Below, one piece after another: positions 8,401 through 16,452 of a stretch of DNA of 64,000 nucleotides. Made by a program: the position numbers and the translations under genes. A model generated the notes under the pieces. That model did not search any database. It saw nothing but the letters and a program-made list of their open reading frames with translations, and had not been told where the DNA came from. Within the stretch, counting starts at the first letter, position 1, and each line of letters begins with the position of its first letter. This stretch comes from Calditrichales bacterium (lineage in GTDB: Bacteria; Calditrichota; Calditrichia; Calditrichales; J004). The stretch covers positions 992,001-1,056,000 of the forward strand of contig OZ254086.1 of NCBI GenBank assembly GCA_965267575.1, read 5' to 3'.

Positions 8401-10859
8401 AGAATCTGCAGCAACTGGCGCATATGCTGCGCGTTCTGGACCGCCAGATCAACACGTTTGATCTTGACCAAAGCGTGCAAAAGGAATTATCGCGCCTGCC
8501 CGCGGACCTGGACAAATTCTGGAAGGTGCTGAATAAAATTACGCGTTTGACGCACCAGCTGGAAAAGCGCTACAGCGGCCTGCTGCCGGGACACCTGTTT
8601 GGCGCCGCCGGTCAGAGACGCCATCTCACCTGGAAACGCGATCCGGTGAAGAAGCTATTTGCGCACAACGACCGACTGGAAAGAAAAATGCAGCAATTGC
8701 GGCGAGAGCGTTCACGGCGCCTGACCTATTTCTTTGACCTGAACAAAAGATTGCGAAAAGAACTGTTCGCCCTGGCACCGCAGGTTATTAAAAACCGCCA
8801 TGATGAGAAAGTGGCGGGCATTGTTTCCGGTTACCGCAACCTGCTTTCACGTTTTGCCCTTACGCCGCGCATCCACCAAAAAATTATCCGCGCCGCAGAT
8901 CCGTTTGCGGTTGAAACAACGATGCAAAACCTGCTGGAGATAAACGCCCTTTCAGCGCGCTTTGGCAATCCGATGATCATTCCTGCGCTGCAGGTCAGCA
9001 TGTCCAATGATCCGCAGGCCCTGGTACACCTGGATCGCCTGATGCTGGCGCAGCCGCAGGCCCGCGAAAACAACGCGCGCTTAAAGTTGATACCTCTTTT
9101 CGAAGAGGAAAGCGTGCTGTTAAGGCTGGAAGAATATCTCGATCATGTTTGGAATTATGCCGCAGAGAGTGCCGCTTTGAACCAGGAAGTGCCGGCGCGC
9201 TTCAGCGAGTTGGTCAGCGAGATATTTGTGGCCGGTTCCGATCTGAGCCAGAATATCGGTTCCATAAGCAGCCGCAGTATGTTTAATAATACAGTGCGCA
9301 GATTCATCGAATGGCAGATCGCGAAAAACATCTCTCCGTTATTGCGTGTTAAGCTGGGCTGTGGTGAAGCGGCTCAACGCCAGGCGGGTTATTACAATCC
9401 TTATTCCGGGCGGCCGGTTACAGCCTTAGAAAATAGCGCCGGATTCCCGCTTGCGTTCGGTCGCTATCCGCTGCTGGGCCTTGCCCGGCTTGATCAGCTT
9501 ATGACCGTACAAAGTAACGGAGCCGAACATATTTTCCGCTTTTTACCTTTAAGCGAGCGTGACCGCCTATTTCATCACATGCGAAATATGCAATCCAATT
9601 TTTACACGGAAGCGATGCGCATCCGCGAAATGGCAACTGAAACCCGGCTCTCCCTGGGCCGCCGCGCGGAAAAAGAGCTGCAGCGCTTGTGCCGCGTAGC
9701 TGACGATCCGCTGGTTGAGGAATTTAACGATCTGCACAAGGAGTATTACCGGCGTATTGTTTACGGCAGTGAGAACGACCTTTTTGGCATCCATGTGATC
9801 ACATACTTTATCTCGCGCATGGTGCCTGCATTGCGAGACCGCCCGGCCATACGTCCTTCCCGCGAGGACAGTAACAGTAGCGGCCAGATAATGGAACGGC
9901 TGGCGCAAACCATCCCTATGGCGCGTCATGACAGCATGCTGCGGGCGATCGGGCATAACCGCGCTCAAAGCGTGGTGCTGGGATCCAACCAGTTTACAAC
10001 GGGATTGTTCGCCGCCCTGCACCAGCTTATCCGCAGCAAGCGCGGGCAGCTGCAGGAGAACCAGATAATTGAACGTATCCTGCATCACCTGCCGGTCTAT
10101 GATATCCTTAAGTCAATACGCTATTACCAGCAGAAAGACCTACGCCATGCCCACTTCTTTGACGAAGAGTTCCGTCGCGGTAACAGTGCCTGGGCAATAC
10201 TGGAAAATGACGCAATCCTGATAGATAAATATATCCCGCACTTACAAAACCAGCTATTAATTGATCTGGGGATTTCGGCGGATAAGGCCTCCGGCAGATT
10301 AGCGGATCGCCTGATGGATAAATTACATCCGGACCTTGCGGTATTGCTGCAGGAAAATATCTTTAATACGGACATTGCTGTTTACCGTGAAAAGTACGGA
10401 ACAAACCGCACGGCATTGCTGCAAGAAATTTTACAACGCCCGGAAAAAATAAAAAATTGGCGGGATGAGATATGGCAATTGATTGGAAGTAAGGTCAAAA
10501 AACAGGTATCCAGTTTTATAGACCTGGCTCGTGCGATTCATGGGCTTTCTCAAAGGACGGCGCTTGCCGGCGGCTTGTTGGGCGCCGAAGAGAATAAGCT
10601 ACCGCGCCTGGCGGATGACATCCAGCAGCTGATCCAAAAAGACGCGGAAGATCCCATGCGTCGTTTTCTCTATTCTGCCGCCACGCTTCTTGCCCGTGCA
10701 TCGGCGGAAAACGTTCAGCTTCCCGTGGATGCCGTGCGTGCTCTGCGTGACGTACGTCGCATTGCGCAGATCGATCAGCAATTGCTAAGTCCAAAAGAAC
10801 AGAACGAACTACGCTATTACCTGCTGCAAATCGCCCGCCTGACCAACGATAACGGTTAA
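5475..10859 (+). CDS. 1794-aa fusion: degenerate aminotransferase I/II domain + intact PLP aminotransferase I/II domain + PEP carboxylase-like domain
   Basis: Aminotransferase motifs INFHIGNP, YSPRGG, ILNNPHNASG, IDDLCY, HSLSKCDCFAGARL, FRLTLGG. PEPC-like motifs in correct order: TVHPTQ, SFWGDWDGS, IPLFEE, EIFVAGSD, GCGEAAQRQAG, TVQS, RPAIR, LRAIGH, C-terminal IARLTNDNG. Confidence 0.8.
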   Translation: MKKESFPFKLKPLIAAQVSEISEVTAAADISDSEKINFHIGNPLSDARLISAYTDLCLKNDSTPAPEDMRALIHETVKKAVPYSPRGGYRSNARPALVEKIRRWLEDEQAEGIYYALGDNNGKRECILSSGGMTETLRVLLQTISDYTVAGPVQLLNLGFVAAGELPTFKGLSIPQNLDSVYGLGDFEGKAAVVLLGTEAGARERRWLRRHDHNAPLLFVELNNAANDHSLARESGLFQNVIRVIDAAVLRKDLSEGSLQFVLGNSDFLQRMESVHFELKGTPSSTEIVYLETRLSAAAPKEKDRGQNDVVSAEPFARASGILKKARELSHRYEQKSGQIARRLVEKNYGADAPLLSIGSASRHLGLNHAAFEEFAEMDSADLFNALEDRETAGKLGHAFTEHFCRHHPWYNRKDCYAVSGSARTAFSLLGRHGAIQDVLVFDMGWSYENAFARVHAVPLLEDDDRNAQNMIDACAELDEHSAVILNNPHNASGRVFSTEAIEKILLYCLDRKITVIDDLCYPNVAPVLEWPAIPCAKEIARHAVDTGRLSADRLQYLITVHSLSKCDCFAGARLSVVETAHPRLTENFSRQLNRLAPNTMALFLAYLFYRNTPHDVRSYWQLRNRLLYEKGQALRKAMEEIAEERNHYKLRFELPQATIYPHLNIGLFPNGLSTDRLALKLAKSGIGLVPLANFTRHTDTFSEARKKFRLTLGGSDPAVQLEAKARRLLVELNRAINSEARQYQFYEPQPAPKSTANGAALKELVAEWDNIRGGLKQSATKLWKKRARSLKRVSGRDAFERFLEERLALIGEQIEETAELYDRQKFLFQNATEAELQRFFEQEFFKQEAAARERQFNTRLFDRTVHPTQMYAVEVALHTRNWLLHRLQGRPLSAAWPENLARALADEYFGYNVPLNSEQEAGELICDLWTLSLNDMYRHGLDSSAPSLLSFWGDWDGSTRPSGQGHRLVAAVLIENLQQLAHMLRVLDRQINTFDLDQSVQKELSRLPADLDKFWKVLNKITRLTHQLEKRYSGLLPGHLFGAAGQRRHLTWKRDPVKKLFAHNDRLERKMQQLRRERSRRLTYFFDLNKRLRKELFALAPQVIKNRHDEKVAGIVSGYRNLLSRFALTPRIHQKIIRAADPFAVETTMQNLLEINALSARFGNPMIIPALQVSMSNDPQALVHLDRLMLAQPQARENNARLKLIPLFEEESVLLRLEEYLDHVWNYAAESAALNQEVPARFSELVSEIFVAGSDLSQNIGSISSRSMFNNTVRRFIEWQIAKNISPLLRVKLGCGEAAQRQAGYYNPYSGRPVTALENSAGFPLAFGRYPLLGLARLDQLMTVQSNGAEHIFRFLPLSERDRLFHHMRNMQSNFYTEAMRIREMATETRLSLGRRAEKELQRLCRVADDPLVEEFNDLHKEYYRRIVYGSENDLFGIHVITYFISRMVPALRDRPAIRPSREDSNSSGQIMERLAQTIPMARHDSMLRAIGHNRAQSVVLGSNQFTTGLFAALHQLIRSKRGQLQENQIIERILHHLPVYDILKSIRYYQQKDLRHAHFFDEEFRRGNSAWAILENDAILIDKYIPHLQNQLLIDLGISADKASGRLADRLMDKLHPDLAVLLQENIFNTDIAVYREKYGTNRTALLQEILQRPEKIKNWRDEIWQLIGSKVKKQVSSFIDLARAIHGLSQRTALAGGLLGAEENKLPRLADDIQQLIQKDAEDPMRRFLYSAATLLARASAENVQLPVDAVRALRDVRRIAQIDQQLLSPKEQNELRYYLLQIARLTNDNG

Positions 10860-11077
10860 CCGGCCCTGTTATAACAACGCTCGCGGACAAACTGCTCCAG
10901 GGCCAGCCTCTCCGCTTCTATGCGCTCAAGCCCACCCTCAAATTCCATTATAGCAGATCTTTCCTCCAGAACCTCAATATCCTCAGGTTCCAGTATATAG
11001 GGGAAATTTCTGTATGAAATATGAGAGTAACCCGCTTCGTTCATGTCTCCTATCATAAAAGAAGTACTTGGATTCAT
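10856..11077 (-). CDS. Small hypothetical protein with an EERxAIMEF/YxGGL motif
   Basis: 73 aa containing LEERSAIMEFEGGLERIEAERLA, a motif recurrent in small phage/mobile-type hypothetical proteins; stop overlaps the convergent stop (TTAA). Confidence 0.55.
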   Translation of the reverse strand: MNPSTSFMIGDMNEAGYSHISYRNFPYILEPEDIEVLEERSAIMEFEGGLERIEAERLALEQFVRERCYNRAG

Positions 11078-11428
11078 GCGCGTTTACCTTTATAATGTAC
11101 TTATGTACACCAATAAAGGTATACAAAAATTTACCGGAACGCAACATTTCGTCAGCAAAAGCGTTTATTGTTCAATTATGTAGCATTTCTTAAGAGTGCA
11201 AAAATCATCTCGAAATTCTGTATAGAAATTGCACAGGATGACCAATATCACGCGGAAAATGTAACCGTGGTCAAAGTGAAAGCATTAAGGGATGGTTATT
11301 ATCAATTAAAACGATCAGGGAAAAATCATGAAATTAAAACTGAAAATAAAACTAAAAGCGCGGCTGTTTATAAAGCTTCCGGAAAACAGTAATATCTTTT
11401 TTCACGAAGAAAGCCGCTTGATTAAAGA

Positions 11429-11456
11429 AACGCGCAAAGATAAATCTTCGCGCGTT
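11429..11456 (-). terminator. Probable intrinsic terminator of the GWxTD gene
   Basis: Minus strand AACGCGCGAAGAT-TT-ATCTTTGCGCGTT hairpin followed by TCTTT. Confidence 0.55.
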
Positions 11457-11502
11457 GAAATGATAAAACTTTTACCAAAAGCCGCATTGTATCTCTAAAA
11501 TC

Positions 11503-12774
11503 TTATCTCGGCATATATTCTGCCAAAGTCTCCTGCTTATCCAACAAATTAAACGGGGCAAAACCGTTAAAGCCGACAAACGTAAAGGCCAGATCCAGAT
11601 TGCTGTAATACCATACCTGCCGCGTTTCCTTTAAAAACGAGCCGGTTTTAGCATAAACCCGGTCGGGCTCACCAAACAAAACGTAGATCATTCCAAAATC
11701 GCTTTTATAGCCGGGCAAATCATCTTTTGTGAAAACCAGATTTGCATGATCCAGGCGCTTATAGTATTCCTCCATCAACTCATTTTTTGCGCTGCCGGGC
11801 GTAGGGTCTCTTTTAGCCCAAAAGCTCTTTAATATCTCATTACGTTGCTGTGCGGGAACCTGATACATCTCATTAATCTCTTCTTCAGAAGCAATATAGC
11901 GCAATTCATCCACAGCATCGCTAAAGCGCTTAAAGCGGATGTCCAGCGGACTTTGCCGTACGTGAAAATACGTCTCAGAACTGATCGCTTGCGTACCGGC
12001 TTCCTGTGTAACGACAAAACGATATGTATCCGTGGGCAGGTGAGCCACTGAAAAATTCAGACGGAACGCGGGGTTTGATATGGTGACGGGTATTTTCTCA
12101 TCGGCATCATGCCATACTTTGCCATTGCTGTCTACAACTTTATAGTTCGTCAAGACGTTGCCGTCATTTTTCACCACTTCTGTAAGGTTATAAGATTCAT
12201 AATAAATAACCACCGTGGGATTTTTATATGAAAAACGCCGTGCTACGTTGGGCAGGCTTTCTCCCTTTTCGCCATCAGCTATGCTCAGCTGGATTGAGCT
12301 TATGCCGGGGGCGGAGTAATAATCGGTACATGCAATTTCTTTTTCGATTTTCAGGCGCTGGCTGGAGTTTTTATCATCCAGGACCAGCAGCGACTTATAG
12401 TTACCGGGCCTGACGCTAAGACCCAACTTGAACAGATGACCGATCGATCCGTCCCGGGTTTCGCTGTATTGGGCATTTATAATTTCTTTTTGAATGGACT
12501 GTTGTATTTCCAGCGTTTTGTCCTCATTAAACAAATAGAGCGTTGCGCTAACCACGGTTTTAAACCCGGAGGCGTCACGCACGAAATGCAGCTGTTTGTT
12601 TGTAAGAACAAAATAGTACTCCAGATAGGTCATCCCCGGCTCAGCGGAGCGAAAGGTCAGATAATCAACGGCCATAGCAGAAGTAGTTTTACCATCGGCG
12701 GGCGCCGCAAGCAACATAAGAAAAATAGCAGCCAAGGCTTTGATACCTGTCTGATGGATTTTACTTTCTTCCAT
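11503..12774 (-). CDS. GWxTD domain-containing exported protein
   Basis: GGAGG RBS and ATG 12774; signal peptide; C-terminal LRYIA..FWAKRDPTPGSAKNELMEEYYKRLDHAN..GYKSDFGMIYVLFGEPD..QVWYY. Confidence 0.85.
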   Translation of the reverse strand: MEESKIHQTGIKALAAIFLMLLAAPADGKTTSAMAVDYLTFRSAEPGMTYLEYYFVLTNKQLHFVRDASGFKTVVSATLYLFNEDKTLEIQQSIQKEIINAQYSETRDGSIGHLFKLGLSVRPGNYKSLLVLDDKNSSQRLKIEKEIACTDYYSAPGISSIQLSIADGEKGESLPNVARRFSYKNPTVVIYYESYNLTEVVKNDGNVLTNYKVVDSNGKVWHDADEKIPVTISNPAFRLNFSVAHLPTDTYRFVVTQEAGTQAISSETYFHVRQSPLDIRFKRFSDAVDELRYIASEEEINEMYQVPAQQRNEILKSFWAKRDPTPGSAKNELMEEYYKRLDHANLVFTKDDLPGYKSDFGMIYVLFGEPDRVYAKTGSFLKETRQVWYYSNLDLAFTFVGFNGFAPFNLLDKQETLAEYMPR

Positions 12775-13086
12775 GAAAACCTCCCGGACAAATGCATATG
12801 TCCCGTTTTGCCATTCATACACAACCCTCTAATACTAATTGTCGTGGTGAATGCTGCGGTATTAAATGGAAAAAACCCGAACCAGCTTTTGGAAAAATGT
12901 GAAGAAATGAACTTGACCTCGTCCATTAAAGACATAAAAGTCGTTTATCCCTTTAATATCAAGACGGGGATAAATAATGAGGATTGTAAAAGGCCTCTGT
13001 CCTGGGTCTGTTTTGCTTGCGCAATATCCATCGGCTTGTGTCAGAATTGGACATTTTTTGACCATACGACATAATGTAGCGGAAAA

Positions 13087-14034
13087 TTACCGTGTCACGT
13101 CAACATAGATAGTATCGGCAATAACAGAGCCGAAGACACCGATAGCGTCACCTTCAAAGTTAAAACGCGCTTCGTGAAAATTGCCGTCGAATTCCTGAGT
13201 ATTGGCAAAGGTTTGCAGGAATTCCTTGTAATTCTTATCCGCCGCGTAAACGATCACTTCATATTTTGAATAGAAGAAAAAACTGAACCAGAAAATGGGA
13301 ACGGTGCTTTCGCCGGGCGTGGAAGGAGTGTTTTGTATCCAGTTGGTGTCAAAAGCGAATTCCTCAAAGTTTTCCTCATAGTCTTCAGGATCAAGATCGC
13401 CAACGAGGTGCTCAATGATAAAGCTGCCAAAGTCTGTTTGCAGCGGACGCACGCTGGTCACGTAAAAAGTCGTACCGGGTGAGCGCTGAATTTTCATTTC
13501 AAAAACCATTGTCTCGCCCTCATCATCGGTTTGCGCAAACTGCAGGCTGTTATGATTGATGCCGTTGATGCGGAAACCCGCTTCGGGCACCGTTGTGCTG
13601 GAGCGCGCTGTCAAGAGCTGGTCATCAATGACGGTTTGCACATCCAGGGTGTAGGTTTTGCCATGCTCAATCCTGAGATCGTTACCCCGGTAGCCGTAGG
13701 TATAGTTTTCAAAATCAAAAATACTGTCCGGTACGCTTAGTGTGAGAGGGTATTTCAGGCCACTGCTTTCGTCGGTTAAGACAACCTTTGTTTGTGTATA
13801 GCGCGGCAGCAGGTCGGCGGACGGACGCAGATCAGCGTCGAGAGGGAAATTTCTTGAAATACGGATATCCCGGACGGGTTGGCCGGGCACAAGATAACCT
13901 TCCACAACAATGCGCGGCTCGTAGCTTACATTGGTAACCTCAACGGTAGCTTCGCCACAGCCGCCCAGGAACAAGGCAATCGTTACTAAAAATAAAAAGG
14001 CGCTGATTTTAGAATAGAACATTTTAAAACTCAA
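13087..14034 (-). CDS. DUF4249-like lipoprotein partnering the TonB-dependent receptor
   Basis: Lipobox LGGC, PRIVVEGYL, GKTYTLDV, C-terminal NFEGDAIGVFGS; overlaps the receptor stop. Confidence 0.75.
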   Translation of the reverse strand: MSFKMFYSKISAFLFLVTIALFLGGCGEATVEVTNVSYEPRIVVEGYLVPGQPVRDIRISRNFPLDADLRPSADLLPRYTQTKVVLTDESSGLKYPLTLSVPDSIFDFENYTYGYRGNDLRIEHGKTYTLDVQTVIDDQLLTARSSTTVPEAGFRINGINHNSLQFAQTDDEGETMVFEMKIQRSPGTTFYVTSVRPLQTDFGSFIIEHLVGDLDPEDYEENFEEFAFDTNWIQNTPSTPGESTVPIFWFSFFFYSKYEVIVYAADKNYKEFLQTFANTQEFDGNFHEARFNFEGDAIGVFGSVIADTIYVDVTR

Positions 14035-16345
14035 CGTTAACTCCTATTGTTGGCAATAGCGGAAACATATACTGCTCGGCGAGCGTCGGTTGGCCGTCTT
14101 CAAAATCGTAGGTGGCGAACCAGACGTTGCTGCGGTTTCCGATGTTGAAAATTTGCAGATAAGGTATCAGGCGCCAGCCGTCGAACTGCCTTTGCCAGGA
14201 GAGGCTCAGATCCAATCTTGAGTAATAAGGCAGGCGAATCTGGTTGATTTGCGTAGGCGCAAAATAGACATCGCGCACGGGCGTTCCCGGAGCACTGCCG
14301 ATAAAGTAGCCCGATCCCGGCTCGGTAAACGGCTGCCCGCTGGCATAAATAAAGTTGATGCCCAAAGACCAGCTGCTACTATCCTTGCGGAAACTCCGAC
14401 TTTCGAACAGGCGAAAAACATTATCGAGATCAACGTTGGCCACCAGGTTAACGGTGTGCCTCCTGTCGTGGCGTGGCTGGAATTGCCGTTCCTGGTTCAC
14501 ATCATCTACCCAATAATCGGTGTATGCGAGCGAGTACCCGGCCCAGCCGTTAAGCACGCCGCTATCCTTGCGCAGCAGCACTTCAAGACCGCGCGAAATA
14601 CCGTCGCCACGGTTAAGCAACGCGGCTCCGCTGGTGAAGATCGGCTCGTCGTTTTCATTGTAGCCGCTGGCTTCCAGATCCGTTAAAAAGGTTTGGTTAA
14701 AGGAATAGATATCCTTGTAATCTTTATAGAATGCCTCCACCTCCAGCTGCAAACCCTGTGGCAACTCGCGCTGCCAACCCACGATATAGTGGTTGGATTT
14801 GGAGTAGGTCCGCTCGGAATTGGTGGTGGTCCAGATATCGGCAATCAGGAAGCGTGGGATACGGTGCAAAAACTGGTGATATGCACCCGTGGCAAACTTT
14901 ACGCTTTGTTTGGTATCGACACGGTATTTGATAGAAAAGCGCGGCTCCCAGCTTACAAAATCTTTATCCGACGAAAAGTGATTGACGCGCAGACCGGCGG
15001 AAATGTCCCAAACATTCTGCGGACGCCAGGTGCTTTGCAAATAGCCGACACTATGCACCGGCGTTGTTTTTACGCGTACTTCCCGGCCCGGCCCCAGCGA
15101 TAAAAAGCGCACGTCGAAATGCTTGCGTTCAAATCCAAAATCGCTGTGCCAGGTGGTTGTATGATAAAATTCCAGGTTTCCCTTGGCAGTTAAATCGACC
15201 AGCGTATTTTCTTCGCTGGCGTCGAAGCCTTCAAAATTAAGGAATGAGGAAAAGCGGCTGCCGGTCAGCCAGAAATTGGCAAACAGACGTGAACCAAAAA
15301 GATGTGTCCATTTTATGCTGCCGGTTTCATTACCCCAGTCATACAAAAAACCCAAATCGGCGGCGACGGAATTGTTGACCTTGAAATCCAGCACGTCACG
15401 GCCGCCATAAAAACTGACATACAGGTGGTTGTTGTCATCAATATCCCAAAAGGCTTTGGCATTGCCGTCATAAAAATAGTAGTTGGGAATGTCGTCGATA
15501 AAGCGAGCGATCGTCTGGTCGAAATAGGTGCGGCGCAGTGAAGCCGAGAAAGAACCGGACTCTCCAAGTGGCATTTGCAGCGTAGTCTTGGCGGAAAGCA
15601 GGCTGATACTGGCCTTGCCCTCAAACTCCTCGCGGTTGCCATCCAGGTTGGTTACGCTGATGATTGATGAAAGACGTCCGCCCTGGTCAGCCCCAAAACC
15701 TCCCTTGGAAAGATCGACCTGCTTGATGGCATCGGTATTAAATGTGGAAAAAAGGCCGAAGGCGTGTTCGGGATTGTATACGTCGGTGCCGTCCAGCAAA
15801 TAGAGATTCTGGTCAGGCGTGCCACCGCGTATATAGAGCGCCGAGGAAAAGTCGGACAATGGCAAAATCCCCGGTAGCGTTTGCAGTGATCGCAACAGGT
15901 CGGCTTCAGCGATTTGCGGTATGCTGTTTATCTGCAGGGGCGAAAGCTTGACCTGTGAGATCTCTTTCTCATAAAGCTGCTGGGAAATGGGTATGGAATC
16001 GGCGGTGACGGTTATGGCCTCCGATTCAAACAATGCGGGCTCCAGTGCAATATTCAGTTTCTGCTCCTTCACACCGTTAATCGTTACCGTTTCGCGGTGT
16101 GAGCGGTAGCCCAAATAGGAACAGACGAGCACGTAGGTCCCGGGCGGGATATCCGGAATCACGTAATAGCCGCTTAAGTTGGTGGCCGCGCCGAGTTGCG
16201 TGTCTTCAAGGTAAATATTGGCGGCGATCAGCGCCTCACCATTGGAAGCGTCCAGCACATAGCCGCTTAAGGTGGACATCTCCTGAGCGTGCAGGGGCGA
16301 AGACAACAGCAGGCAAAAAAGCAATCTGTAAAAAAATCTTTTCAT
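14024..16345 (-). CDS. TonB-dependent receptor with N-terminal carboxypeptidase-regulatory-like domain
   Basis: Motifs LSGYVLDASNGEALIAANI, EADLLRSLQTLPG, LYIRGGTPDQNLYLLDG, GGRLSS, EPRFS, HDRRH, RLPYYSRLDLS; C-terminal Phe. Confidence 0.92.
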   Translation of the reverse strand: MKRFFYRLLFCLLLSSPLHAQEMSTLSGYVLDASNGEALIAANIYLEDTQLGAATNLSGYYVIPDIPPGTYVLVCSYLGYRSHRETVTINGVKEQKLNIALEPALFESEAITVTADSIPISQQLYEKEISQVKLSPLQINSIPQIAEADLLRSLQTLPGILPLSDFSSALYIRGGTPDQNLYLLDGTDVYNPEHAFGLFSTFNTDAIKQVDLSKGGFGADQGGRLSSIISVTNLDGNREEFEGKASISLLSAKTTLQMPLGESGSFSASLRRTYFDQTIARFIDDIPNYYFYDGNAKAFWDIDDNNHLYVSFYGGRDVLDFKVNNSVAADLGFLYDWGNETGSIKWTHLFGSRLFANFWLTGSRFSSFLNFEGFDASEENTLVDLTAKGNLEFYHTTTWHSDFGFERKHFDVRFLSLGPGREVRVKTTPVHSVGYLQSTWRPQNVWDISAGLRVNHFSSDKDFVSWEPRFSIKYRVDTKQSVKFATGAYHQFLHRIPRFLIADIWTTTNSERTYSKSNHYIVGWQRELPQGLQLEVEAFYKDYKDIYSFNQTFLTDLEASGYNENDEPIFTSGAALLNRGDGISRGLEVLLRKDSGVLNGWAGYSLAYTDYWVDDVNQERQFQPRHDRRHTVNLVANVDLDNVFRLFESRSFRKDSSSWSLGINFIYASGQPFTEPGSGYFIGSAPGTPVRDVYFAPTQINQIRLPYYSRLDLSLSWQRQFDGWRLIPYLQIFNIGNRSNVWFATYDFEDGQPTLAEQYMFPLLPTIGVNVEF

Positions 16346-16452
16346 TATCCTTAACCGAATGTTTGGGCGGATAACGAAACGCACTTCATATTTGTTTCAG
16401 CGGCAAAATATATTTGCTGTTCAGGGAAATTTTAACAGGAAGGGGTTTTTCT

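Noticed and set aside
5475-10859. Fusion could be a frameshift or read-through artefact of separate genes
   Set aside because: One continuous frame with a plausible linker (EPQPAPKSTANG); I saw no obvious internal RBS-start before the PEPC-like part. Read mapping and homologue lengths would confirm.
11168-11392. 74-aa ORF in an AT-rich spacer
   Set aside because: TTG start, no clear RBS, no motif; cannot be supported
12436-13074. 212-aa plus-strand ORF and 67-aa minus ORF (12862-13065)
   Set aside because: The first mostly overlaps the GWxTD gene in antisense; neither has recognisable features. The region is more likely promoter DNA.
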